The position numbers and the translations under genes are program-made. Source: Octopus bimaculoides (Eukaryota). From it: a stretch of 64,000 bases of DNA. Of the stretch, positions 1 to 12,042 are shown in pieces (within the stretch, counting starts at the first letter, position 1; each line of letters begins with the position of its first letter). The DNA lies in the NCBI RefSeq assembly GCF_001194135.2, contig NC_068994.1, positions 17,193,085-17,257,084 on the forward strand, given 5' to 3'. Under the pieces are notes generated by a model. That model worked only from the letters and a program-made list of their open reading frames with translations. It did no database searches and was not told the origin of the DNA.

Positions 1-189
1 AAAGCATGTTTCGATAATTCATTTTTCTATTTTGCATTCTTTCTTTTCAAAGAATGAATTCTCGTATCTATTGCAAAAGTAATAACAAAAGAATTGCAAA
101 GTCTGAAAGTTTTCAGATTCATCATCCGCCCCCGTTTAGTCTTATCCACACAGCCTTAGAAAATTCTGAATTTTTGGTACAAAACCAGC

Positions 190-330
190 AGTTTTGAAAG
201 GAGTGGTAAGTCGATTGCATTGACCTCAGTGCCCAACTCAGAAAGGATGAAAGGCAACGTCTCGACCTTTGCAGAATTTGAATTGAGAACGTGAAGCCAA
301 AAGAAACGCTATTATCTAACAATAGCGTTA
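190..330 (-). mobile_element. tRNA-derived SINE fragment (family C)
   Basis: gaaaggatgaaaggcaacgtctcgacc...aatttgaattgagaacg matches the reverse complement of the family C copies at 41817 and 56683. Confidence 0.55.
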
Positions 331-979
331 TGACATCAAAGCGTTCGTTTTTTTGCTTTCCGAACTTTGAGCTAATTTTAAAGGCACGCAAACTTTCGAT
401 ACTCGCTGTAAGTTTTTTTTTCTAATTTTGTTTTCGCCATTTGCCTAAGTAAATCTAGATTTTAATACAGTTTTTAATTAAAAGCAAAAGTAGTAGAAAA
501 TATCTCCATGTGAAGTACTGTTTCGAATGTTGTACCTTCTCTGGTTCGGTCTGTGTCTTGTCTCCTATTATAATTCCATTCACATATAGGATGCTTTGTA
601 GAATATAAATCAACTTCAGAATTTGACTAGTTTTGTTTTATTGACACTTGTAAAGTCGACCTCGATGAGATTTGAACACTTACATCATAAATAGGTAGTA
701 ACTTAATGCTGCACGTCATTTTGTCAGACGCTCTGATTATTATTGCAAACTTCCGTATGACATTTCCAAGTTCCAGTCTTGTTCACACGGAGTAAATAGG
801 TACAACTAGGGTACTGGGATTGATTCAGTTGACTTTACACAATCTTTCCGGCTCATGAAAACGAAATAGGATATCTTATGGTTTAGAAAGACATCATTTA
901 TTGATTGGGGACACAGACGCATGTCTTCAGATTTCTAGAGACGACAGTCTTAACGTTTATTCATGGGCATTGTAAATCA

Positions 980-1300
980 AATGAAATGGCGGCGAAAGTA
1001 GAGAATACGTACATCCGGTGTTTATGGGTTAGAGTTTTTGTAACGTTGAAAACGGGTAGTGTACGTATTCTTTACCTCCACCGAAATGGCTTCGAGAATG
1101 AAGATCGCGCGCACGCTTGGTTGTCTGTTATGGTTGGTCAGAGAGTGACCATTCGTTTCTCACCTATAAAGCGTGTCAGACTGAAATGGCCTGGGACACA
1201 CATACACACATTTTATTAATATTTAGCTGAAGCAACAGAGTAACTCAAGGACCGAGAGCTTCGTGCGTTGGCACTTATCAAGAGTTTAATAAGCGCCAAC
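980..1300. promoter_or_regulatory. CpG-rich promoter-like patch with YY1-like and ETS-like motifs
   Basis: aaatggcggc at 984-993 and acatccggt near 1010; CpG locally frequent against a CpG-poor background. Confidence 0.35.
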
Positions 1301-1395
1301 GCACTAAACTCTCGGCCTTTGTTGCTTCTGCTAAATATTCATAAAAAATATACACATACTCATATTTTGAGTTCTATTTTTCCTGTTTGCATCAC

Positions 1396-1436
<41 letters not shown>

Positions 1437-1529
1437 CGCTTCGTTATTTACCTCGATCGGGTGATCTACTGGCGCAAATCAGTCAACGTGTTGACTGAAT
1501 TGTATACAAAACTATAGTTTTATTAAGTT

Positions 1530-2880
1530 CATTCACAGTTGCATCTCCAAGCTACATCTCCTTTTGGCTGCTGCTTGTTTGTGATTTCTTGTTGCACTGT
1601 TTGTTGTATCTGTTGAAATTCGAACTGCTGTTAACCTGTAAACTGTCATTTTCGTCCTACGGGGCAAAAAATTGTGAAATAATTTAATATTGTTGGGAAT
1701 AACTGCTATTGGGCTTTTTGTGATTTGAACTCTTACCTTTGTCGGGTAAAAAATATTTTTTATATTCCTTTTTAAGGAATTTATTTTTCTGAAAAGTTGC
1801 ATTATGGAATTCAACGTAATGTCCAAGGAGGGTTTCCCAGAAATGGAAGGAGTAACAAACGGAGAAGTTGATAATGTAAAACAAGTGTTTGGGGAAAAAC
1901 CCAGTTTTTCGGCAGCCGTATGCGGTAATATGGTAACGCTAGAGGTGACGATGGCTGAATTGTTTAAGTACAGATATCTCGTAAAAAAAGAATGGAACTG
2001 ATACGAAATTACTTCCTCCCCAGGAAATTGTACAAAATGTAGCTGCGAGAACAGTGGTTTATAATATATGTACAACCTAAAAGAATTGTAACTTGTAAAA
2101 GTGAAATAATTGAAAGGTACCTGGCACCTATATGGAAGAAAATTGTGTACGTTAGACGTGGTAGAAGGAATGCCACAGTAGAAGCACAGTTTGCTAATGA
2201 GAACACGGCTAAGGAGTTATCAACAAGAACTTGAAAAAATGAGGAAATAATTCTATTACCAACGTATTTGGATAGAAGAAAGGCAAAAAAAAAAACGTAG
2301 AAGAAATACCAGCAGGATAAGACGTAATGTGGATAGCAGCAGCCATAACTTATGATGTGGAGGCATAAATGGCTATTTTACAAGTGAAAAAGAAAGAGGC
2401 TGAAAACTGCAAGGGGCAGACCCTCGAGGTTGTGGTTCAAGCCACCCCTGAAGTATTAGAAGGCCTGTCCGATAGGGTATTCATAGGGGAGGGGCTGAGT
2501 GTGAGAGTTGCAGTAGAGGGGCGTTTAAGTGCAGCGAAAAGGGCCACGTCCACTCTGAATGCAAGCCTAAAGACAAAAGAGTGAGGACTCTCCCCCAGGA
2601 AGAACCACTAGAGACAGGAGAAAGAGAAACAAGAACTAAAAGGACAAGAAGGGACACAAGGAAAGAACACAAGATACAACTCAAAACATAGAGGAAGAAA
2701 TGGAATTTACAGTGGTTAAATCCGAAAAGAGGAAAAAAGCCCAAACCCCGGACTCCCCTCCCCGTACAAAGAAAACAAATAAGTCAATTACAGACACACA
2801 CGGAAAAACTAACCTCACCATCCTGTTCGTAAAACCCATAATCCATTACAAAACTCCACCCCATGTCTTTCTTGGATTCC
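1530..2880 (+). mobile_element. Non-LTR retrotransposon 5'UTR plus decayed gag-like ORF1 with CCHC zinc knuckle
   Basis: Broken frames read IERYLAPIWKKIVYVRRGRRNATVEAQF, then VFIGEGLSVRVAVEGR, then after a frameshift FKCSEKGHVHSEC (knuckle, first Cys lost) near 2525-2570, followed by a K/E-rich tail. Confidence 0.65.
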
Positions 2881-2981
2881 TTCTTTGACCGTTTCCATTT
2901 ACTTTAAGCCATGGCACATCTTATTACAGTTTTCCTCTTCCATTTGCATCACATCTCCATACAAATACAGTCTTTGGTTCT

Positions 2982-3604
2982 CTTGCAGTATGTGACCTAC
3001 ATGCTATTGTGATCTACAGCAACTTAAATCTAGACTAGTTTGTGATCTATATTTGAAATTTTGTTATAAATTTGCAATCTTAAAAATGTGTGATCTTTTA
3101 CTAAGTAAAAAAAACAGTTCCAAAATTTCACATAAAGTCAGTTTACAATTGATTTTCCTATTCAAATCATTGTAATGGAAAAACATTTCCATGGTGCACA
3201 GACCTAAATGTTTGGCATCCTTTCTTTGTTCAGTGAAAATCAGGATGGGCTTCACCTCTTATTTCTCTTCGTTTTTCTGCCATTTCTCCTCCACATTTGC
3301 TGCATGGATCAATGTCTCCATGTTCATAGCATCGTAGGAATTCTATTGCAGCTTCTTCATCTCGAATAACTTGTGTATAAAATTCTTTTGCTCTCATCAT
3401 GACTTCTTTCAATGGGCTCAGGACTAAAAGTGTTTAAATCCTAAAAGTTTTTTTGGTTTATATACCAAACCAAATGGAAGTCAAATAAATAGATGAATTT
3501 TGAATGTAGATCAAAACATCAGTGTAGATTACAAGCTATACCATTTGAACTAATGTAGATCACAAGCTATACCAGAAATATGTATGTAGATCACATACTA
3601 CGCC
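2982..3604 (-). mobile_element. Merlin (IS1595/ISXO2-like) DNA transposon, internally deleted, N-terminal transposase remnant
   Basis: EEAAIEFLR...CSKCGGEM and FFHYNDLNRKINCKLTLCEILELFF across a frameshift; imperfect TIR gcagtatgtgacctacatgc versus reverse complement gtagtatgtgatctacatac; subterminal tgtgatctaca repeats at both ends. Confidence 0.72.
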
Positions 3605-3639
3605 AGCACCCAGTCTTCTCTTTTGCACATTACTCCTAA

Positions 3640-4099
3640 TTCTTCATATACTTATCCATAATGTGAAGGTTACACCAACAGCACTCTCAAACCACAACAT
3701 TGTTGAACTATGTATGGTCCTGTGCAAACTGTTGGTGTCTACCCTATCAGGAGGACTCAAGCCTTATCCAACCTGAATTTCCATAAGGTGAAATGGGAAT
3801 CGGTCCACAAAGTGATCCACAAAGGAAACTGGTCCAACATTCTGCGTATGCAAGACATTGATCTGAAACTCAGCCAGTTTATGCAAGCTATATGCACTAA
3901 ATATGTCCCAGAAAGAAAGGCCAGCACACTGCACGTGTCCAAGGGGAGAAGGGAAGACAAGATTCCCAGGGACAGAAAAATCCTCATGGGACATCTCAAA
4001 GCAGCTGAATAGACAACTGACAGATAGAGAAATGTCTGTCTTAACACAGACGCTCCTAGAAATTGAAAGCAAGATCAAACTCTCTCATGAAAGGGAAAG

Positions 4100-4146
<47 letters not shown>

Positions 4147-5460
4147 GGGCTGTGGAAAGCATAAAAACAAATTCCAAAGCTTTCTCTAAATTCGCAAAGG
4201 AAACAGCTACAATACAATATAAAATAGGACCATCGTTCCAAGGAAATGACTCGCAGCAGACCCAGGAAGAATAAGTGAGATACTCAGTGACCAATTTAAA
4301 AGTGTCTTCCCTTCCCCCCTTGGACACATGCAGATAAAAAATCCAGCTGAATTCTTTGATATTGCAACTCTGAAAAAGGAGGTGCCAGCCATCGATTACA
4401 TCAACATTGAGGGAACAGATGTAACAGCGGCCATAGATGAAATGAGCTCATGCTCCGCCACTGATCCTGATGGCTTCCCAGCTATTCTCCTAAAGTCATG
4501 TAAGCAGGCTTTATTGAAACCACTTCAGATACTTTTCCAAAGTTTCCTTGCAAGTGGTATACTTCCTAAAAACCTGAAAGAAGGTATTATATGCCCTATC
4601 CACAATGGTGGAAGCAGAGCAGATACCAAAAACTACAGGTCAATCTCTCTGACTTCGTACATCAGTAAAGTCATGGAGCGAATCATCAGAACGAAGTTGA
4701 TAATGTTCCTAGAAGAAAATGACCTACTGAACAATACCCAGCATGGCTTCCGCCCAGGAAGAAGCTGCCTCACACAGCCCCTTCAGCACAAGGTTGAGAC
4801 CTTGGCATTGCTGGTAAACTGGGAGAGTGGCTGCATGACTTCCTTAAAAACAGAAGTCAGGTAGTTGCAGCCAATGGCGCCCTTTCTGAGGAAACTGAAA
4901 TCGTAAGTGGTGTCCCCCAGTGAACTGTTCTGAGGCCATTACTGTTCATAATAGCCCTCTTAGACATGCCCACAATCACTCAAACAGCCACTGTCACTAG
5001 CTATGCCAATGACACAAAATTACCACTGGCAGTAAAAAACCAAGAGGATGCTACAAGCTTACAGCGGGACCTGAACTCAGTGTACAAGTGGGCCGAAATA
5101 AATAACATGCAGTTTAATGCTGGAAAATTTCAAGTACTGCAATATAAACTCAGTATAAATGCAGTACAATGTACATTTACAGGACCCGAAGGCACTACAA
5201 TCCCAGAGTCACAGGCAGTGAAAGACTTGGGGATCAGCATGTGCAATGACGCATTATTTCATATGCACATAAGCAAGATGGCAGCAAAGTGCAGACAACT
5301 GGCAGGATGGATACTGAGGTCCTTCAAGACAAGAGACCAAGAAATTATGTTGACCCTGTGGAGAACCTTTGTTCTCAGCCACCTGGACTACTGTTCCCAG
5401 TTATGGTCACCACATAGCACCAAACTAACAGCGGAGCTTGAAGCAGTCCAATGCCACTAC
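3640..5460 (+). mobile_element. CR1/L2-group LINE ORF2 (end of APE endonuclease plus reverse transcriptase), decayed and internally deleted
   Basis: LSNHNIVE (SDH-like motif), NYRSISLTSYISKVMERI, QHGFRPGRSCLTQ, SGVPQ*TVLRPLLF, YANDT (mutated YADD), VKDLGI, LDYCSQLWSP; (GA)n expansion at 4106-4141. Confidence 0.9.
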
Positions 5461-6697
5461 TCAGGGGAGAAAAACTAGAAGTAGTTGATAGCTTCCGCTN
5501 NNNNNNNNNNNNNNNNNNNNNNNNNNNNNNNNNNNNNNNNNNNNNNNNNNNNNNNNNNNNNNNNNNNNNNNNNNNNNNNNNNNNNNNNNNNNNNNNNNNN
5601 NNNNNNNNNNNNNNNNNNNNNNNNNNNNNNNNNNNNNNNNNNNNNNNNNNNNNNNNNNNNNNNNNNNNNNNNNNNNNNNNNNNNNNNNNNATGGCAGTGA
5701 AACATGGGCCATGACTGCTGAAGACATGCGTAAGCTCGCAAGAAACGAAGCCAGTATGCTCCGATGGATGTGTAATGTCAGTGTGCATACTCGACAGAGT
5801 GTAAGTACCTTGAGAGAAAAGTTAGTCCTAAGAAGCATCAGTTGTGGTGTGCAAGAGAGACGATTGCGCTGGTATGGACATGTGGCAAGAATGGATGAGG
5901 ATAGCTGTGTGAAAAAGTGCCACACCTTAGCAGTTGAGGGAACTTGTGGAAGAGGTAGACCCAGAAAGACCTGGGATGAGGTGGTGAAGCACGACCTCCG
6001 AACTTTAGGCCTCACTGAGGCAATGACTAGTGACCGGTACCTTAGGAAATATGCAGTACGTGAGAAGACACTGCAAGCCAAGTGAGACCATAATCTGTGG
6101 CCTCTGCCAGAAGTGTAGCCAGCTCACTTATTCGTATCTTTACTTCGTTAGACACTAAACTCTGCTTGCAAAGACCTGTTGGGGCAAGTGAAATTGAAAT
6201 CGTAATTGAACCGTATTCGATGACTGGCACCTGTGCCAGTGGAGTACTAACAGCACTGTCTGAGTGTGTTCATTGCCAGAGCAGCTGTCTGACTTCCTTG
6301 CTAGGGGCTCGTAAATAGCACCATTCGAGCGTGATCATTACCAGCGTCGCCTTCTGGCACTTGTGCCTGTGGCACGTTAGAAAATCATTCGAGCAAGGTC
6401 ATTGCCAGTGCCGCTGGACTGGCTCCCGTGCTGGTGGCATGTAAAAAACACCATTTTGAGCTTGGCCGTTGCCAGTACTCTGCGACTGGTCCTCGTGCCG
6501 GTGGCATGTAAAAACACCTACTACAGTCTCGGAGTGGTTGGCATTAGGAAGGGCATCCAGCTGTAGAAACTCTGCCAGATCAGATTGGAGCCTTGTGCAG
6601 CCTACTGGCTTGCCAGTCCTCAGTCAAATCATCCAACCCATGCTAGCATGGAAAGCAGACGTTAAACGACGACGATGATGATGACAACGATGATGAT
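5461..6697 (+). mobile_element. RTE-clade LINE, 5'-truncated: ORF2 C-terminus, 3'UTR with about 66-bp tandem units, (GAT)n tail
   Basis: GEKLEVVDSFR, then after the N-gap MLRWMCNVS...RRLRWYGHVARM...GRGRPRKTWDEVV; tail gttaaacgacgacgatgatgat; nearly identical copy at 34659-35430. Confidence 0.95.
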
Positions 6698-8189
6698 ATA
6701 TATATAATATTGATATACACACACACGTACACACATATATATACAACCAGTACCTTCATAAAACATTGTTGTTTATCTTTTGTTTCAGTCATTGGACTGA
6801 AACTTAAAGCAAATCATCCCCAGTACACACACACACACACATGCAACAGGCTTCTATACAGTTTTTATTTACCAAATTGACTCATGAGGAATTGGTCAGC
6901 TCAGGGCTAAAGTAGAAGTTACTTGAGCAAGAGAATAAGTACCAGGCTTTAAAAAAATTAGCACTGGGGTCAATTCATTTGACTAAAAGCCCTTCAAGGT
7001 GGTGCCCCAATATTGCTACAATCTAATGCATGAAACAAGGAGCGAAAGATGAAAATCATGTGATAGGTTGTGACCTTGCTTGCTCTCTTTGCTAATAACT
7101 TTCCATGTTTGAATTGGATTAAAAAATATTGTGTAAGTATTTTTGGGACACCTCCTGATTTTAGCACATCGAGTCATGACTTAGTTTGCTTAATATGTAG
7201 TGCCTGCCTTGCAAACAATATAGCACAACACATATGATGCACAATAATTACCCAATAAAATAAAATAACAAGACATACACTCTTAAGTAAATCAATATCC
7301 AATGCAATATAAAACCAACAACTCACACAATTCAGATTCTACACAATTGACAGCCAGTCATACAACGCAACCCACACAGCTCTACACAATACAATCACAG
7401 TCCAACACTAAAGCACATACCACTAGCAGTCATACAACAACACATAAAACACAAAGAACCATCGAACCTGACAAAATAACATATCTAGTTTTGCACATAG
7501 CCTGCACTAAAATAACACCAGGAACAATAAAATAAAGCTTAACAAATAGACAAAAACTAATGCAGCATAATAAACACAGTCCTACAGTCCTAACATTCCC
7601 CAAAAGGCAAATGCTGTGCACAACCCCTCAGATATATGGAGGTGCACCAAGTAGTGCAGTTAGAAAGTCTGATAAAACTGTTGGAACTAGATAACATAAC
7701 AGATGAATATGGTGATGGTGGTAGTGATGATGGAGGGCATGTTGGTAGTGATGGTGGTGACAGTGGTGGTGGAAGTGGTTGTACTGTTGGAAACAGAAAA
7801 CATTGATAATAGGTTATGATGATAAATGATGGTGGTAGTGGTGGTGGTGATAGTTGACTCTTGTACAATTCAAACTGAGAACAAATCTGAATATGTCTTG
7901 AAGTTTTATCCAATGCCATCTTTCTTCTATGGTGCCAGATGATATCTGTAAGGGATAAGGTTTATAGTTGGTTGGGCCATAATACCTATTCCATTACTTT
8001 CAGTTTTATTTGATCTCAGAAAATTATGAGACTTTGTTATACATTCAACATGCATTTCACCGAGGTTGCCACCATCCATTTTAATTACACCAACATTGTC
8101 AATGATGTTATTCAAGCCCTTAGGTTTATTCTGACCAAGGCAGACTTATAATCAAAGGCTTTCCAACCATGACCTTCTTGTCTATTCTT

Positions 8190-8632
8190 TGTCTTTTCAT
8201 CATCAAAAGTCTGTTTTCTATGCTAGCATGGGTAAGACTGTTTGACTGGAGCTGATAATCTGGAGGGGTGGACTGGGCTCCAGTCTGTTTGGGCTTGGTT
8301 TCTATGGATGGATGCCTTTCCTAATGTCAACCACTCCACAGAGTGTACTGGATGCCTTTTATGTCTCACTGATACTGGCCACAACTATGATTTCGCTTAG
8401 CTTGACATGTCTTCTCAAGCACAGCAAATTGCCAAAGGTCTTGGTCACTTGTCATCACTTCCCTGTGACTCAACATCTGAAGATCAAACTTCACCACCTT
8501 CTCCCACGTCTTCCTGGGTCTACCTCTTCCACAGGTTCCCTCTATAGTTAGAAATTGGAACTTCTTTATGCAGCTGTCCTCATCCATATGCATCACATGA
8601 ACATACCAGTTCAGTCTTCTCTCTTGCATATT
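8190..8632 (-). mobile_element. Older RTE LINE 3' fragment
   Basis: MQERRLNWYVHVMHMDEDSCIKK...GRGRPRKTWEKVV plus diverged RTE 3'UTR and tail. Confidence 0.85.
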
Positions 8633-9189
8633 ACAGAGAAGACTGTGCTGGTATAATCATATGGCAAAAAGCTGTGATTTGAGAGATTTTGGCCTTTATT
8701 TCAAGCCGGTTGAACTCATTGGCTTTCTTGGTAAAGGAAGGGGGCAGTGGTGGCGGTGGTTGCAGTGGCACGACATGGTGAAAATAATGATGATGATGAT
8801 GAATTTTTTAATAGGCATGAAGTTTCCTTTATATCCTTATAATAAACAAAGTTTGTTTACCACTGAAAACACTAAATAAAATTAATAATATTTCAGGTTT
8901 ATCATCTCATTTAAATTGATTCGACCATTTCACAGATAACTGCGCACTTATTTTCCGAAAATGTAATTGGGGTGGCCAAGTTAGCGGTGTGTTTGCTCCT
9001 ATTTCTAGCAATCCATGTACTATCTATTTCACTATAATGCTTTTTACAGAGCGAAAAATACTCCCCCTCCAACTTTCTTTTAGTTTATACATTACATTTA
9101 TTCCTTTGAACTCACTGCTGGACCTCTGCTTTTTCTCTATATATATTTGTCCCTCTGTATGTCTCTATCTGTCTCGCTATCTCTTTGGT

Positions 9190-9275
<86 letters not shown>

Positions 9276-9341
9276 TGTATATATATATATCTCTCTCTCT
9301 CTCTGGTTATATATATATGTCTCTCTCTCTTTCTCTGGTTG

Positions 9342-9393
<52 letters not shown>

Positions 9394-9420
9394 TGTATAT
9401 ATGTCTCTCTCTCTCTCACT
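9190..9420. repeat. Compound microsatellite (TG)n, (CT)n with ctggttgtatatat interspersed units
   Basis: Directly visible. Confidence 0.95.
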
Positions 9421-9600
9421 ACCACTACTTCTGTTTCTCTTAAGAGAAAATATACGTGAGACAGATAGAAAGGGGATTAGGGAGAAAAAACAAGTGAGAC
9501 AGAGGGGGGAAGAGACAGAAAATATAGAATAGAGCACCGTACAAACTGGGCTGAAGTCTGGGAGGCCTGCTAGTACATATATATATATATATATATATAT

Positions 9601-9765
9601 TTGGAATTTACAAAAAAATAAAACAAAAGACGAAGACGGAAGTGTAAACAACAAACAGATGTATTAGTTTAATGCTCGGGAAGTGAGAAAGTCTTTTACA
9701 TTTCGGTCCTACACTCTTCAACAGAAAGAAAGGAACACAGAAATAAGCAGAGGGAGAAAATAAAT
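9601..9765 (-). mobile_element. Short (TA)n-embedded element with a degenerate hammerhead-like motif (Penelope pLTR-like)
   Basis: Minus strand tcttt-CTGTTGA-A-gagtgtaggacc-GAAATGTA-aaaga; same architecture as 47683-47857. Confidence 0.45.
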
Positions 9766-10029
9766 ATATATAATATATATACACATCACTTCTTGAATTA
9801 TCTGCATCGCTCTTGTATCAGAATGCATTGTGCTCATTGAAGTAGCTTTCAATGATGGTCTTTGAAAATGTCTTAAACTGTAATTGGACTTGTGTATCCT
9901 GCTTGGATGGTTGGTGAGTTTGAAGGCAGTGTATATATATGTTTATTGTGTTATTGTTTTATATTATTGGCTTTTCTTTTTAATATTTGAATTTATAGCA
10001 TGTTGCATGCTTTATTGATGATTGTACCA

Positions 10030-10726
10030 TTATATATGTCCTGGATGCAAGGCACTTTATTTCATATTACTCCCGTACATACAGCTTAAAATTATTATAC
10101 ACAATTGCTGGAGTTAACTTTACAATGGACTGGCATCCTATTCATAGCAGAGTCTTATTTCATTTGCTTTACACTTCAGAAAATGGGATAAGTTCTGGCC
10201 TAATGAGTCGGGTTAAGCACCTACATAAAAATGTTAAAATTTGTTTCAAGACAATGAATGACATCAGTGATTATGAAGCTTTTAGTTACATAAAAGTGAT
10301 TTTTAGACCATTAATGCTGTATTGCAGGTTGGTTATAATTCTATGTTTATGTGTACATATTGATTATTTTTCTTGATATGCATTTTATGTGTCAAGTGGC
10401 TGTGTTTAGATTTGTTATCTAAATTCATAGAAGGTCTTCAGAGGTGGGAAGATTTTTGAGATGTGTGGTTTTCAGTAAGTGAGGTTTTGATGTTTGTGTT
10501 TTCAGCTTAGATATCTCAAAGTACATTTTGGTGCTGTTATCTTTCGAAATGTTATGTTTATTACTTTGACTACAATCTCAGCTTTCAAGATTTAACCATC
10601 CAGTGTGTTTGGTGTATTTATTTTCTTGATACAGGTCTCTGTGATAAATCTTTATTGTCCCACGACCTTCTAACTGTAACTGCTTCCTTTTTTTGCATAT
10701 TATCCAGTGAATTATGTACTATATTC
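10030..10726 (+). pseudogene. Degenerate SLC16/monocarboxylate-transporter-like (MFS) sequence, N-terminal to middle part
   Basis: Broken frames SLKLLYTIAGV...GLASYS*QSLISFALHFRKW, HFMCQVAVFR and YLKVHFGAVIFRNVMFITLTTISAF resemble MCT TM4-6 and the loop-TM7 motif; many stops. Confidence 0.45.
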
Positions 10727-10982
10727 ATCCATTCTTAAGATGTCAGAGTCAAATTTGAGAGAACACATAGAGGTTTTCTCGTAGGCTCAAGTTTTCCCCA
10801 TATGCAATTTATTGTGTAGACAAGCAGTTTTTCCAGTCCAGAATAGAAGAACATGGAAACTGAATATAGTAAGATATATTGCTTAATATATATTTTATGT
10901 ATACAACTGTGAACTTGCTTACAAAATATAGAATCATGTGCAGCCATTTTCAGAATGCGACTTCATTTCTGTTGGCTAATTC

Positions 10983-11641
10983 TCATTTCTGTTGGCTAAT
11001 ACGATTCTTTTTTCTCATACAAGTAATCAGTAAGTATGTAGCTCCTAATAGCAAAACCATAAGAATTTCAAATAATCTAGTGAGATGAAAAGCAAAGTCA
11101 TAACTGTGTGTAAGATCTGTGAGTTTATCTACAATAGTTGCCATTGGTATTGCACATATACCATTTACAGTGTAAGTATAACCAATCGCTAGTGGGTAAG
11201 CTTCAATACCAACAACTTTTTTTGAAGACCAAGAGAAGTAATGTGGAGAACAAGTCACTAGACAATCCATTCAAGACTATCAGGAAAACTAACAGTGAAC
11301 AAGTATTGTACAAAGCAGCAAAAATGAAGACCATTCCACTAGTACTACAAACAATGTAAAATATGAGAATGTAGTACATAATTCACTGATTAATATGCTA
11401 AAGGAGGAAGCGGTTACAGTTAGAAAGTCGTGGGACAGTAAAGATTTATCACAGAGACCTATATCAAGGAGATAAATATATCAAACACACTGGATGGTTA
11501 AATCTTGAAAGCTGGGGTTGTAGTCAAAGTAATAAACATAACATTTCGAAAGATAACAGCACCAAAATGTACTTAGAGATATCTAAGCTGGAAACACAAA
11601 CATCAAAACCTCACTTAACAAAAACCACACATCTCAAAAAT
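10983..11641 (-). pseudogene. Degenerate SLC16/MCT-like C-terminal part (about TM7-TM12)
   Basis: YYILIFYIVCSTSGMVFIFAALY...FSTLLLLVFKK, +1 frameshift in an A7 run (11217-11223), then VVGIEAYPLAIGYTYTVNGICAIPMATIVDKLTDLTHSYDFAFHL, resembling MCT TM10-12 (xxDxTGSYDxAF pattern). Confidence 0.62.
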
Positions 11642-12042
11642 TCTTTTCTGCCTTATATATATATATATATATATATNNNNNNNNNNNNNNNNNNNNNNNN
11701 NNNNNNNNNNNNNNNNNNNNNNNNNNNNNNNNNNNNNNNNNNNNNNNNNNNNNNNNNNNNNNNNNNNNNNNNNNNNNNNNNNNNNNNNNNNNNNNNNNNN
11801 NNNNNNNNNNNNNNNNNNNNNNNNNNNNNNNNNNNNNNNNNNNNNNNNNNNNNNNNNNNNNNNNNNNNNNNNNNNNNNNNNNNNNNNNNNNNNNNNNNNN
11901 NNNNNNNNNNNNNNNNNNNNNNNNNNNNNNNNNNNNNNNNNNNNNNNNNNNNNNNNNNNNNNNNNNNNNNNNNNNNNNNNNNNNNNNNNNNNNNNNNNNN
12001 NNNNNNNNNNNNNNNNNNNNNNNNNNNNNNNNNNNNNNNNNN

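Noticed and set aside
905-1219. 104-aa ORF, including MAAKVENTY...
   Set aside because: No recognisable protein features; ATGGCG is better explained as a YY1-like promoter motif.
7250-8115. Pro/Thr/Gly-rich ORFs
   Set aside because: Derived from (GGT)n/(GAT)n and CA-rich low-complexity sequence; no domain recognised.
8989-9654. ORFs rich in CV, SL, ER, HT or YI (also near 15.8-16.2, 35.7-35.9, 47.9-48.2 and 53.3 kb)
   Set aside because: Translations of dinucleotide microsatellites.
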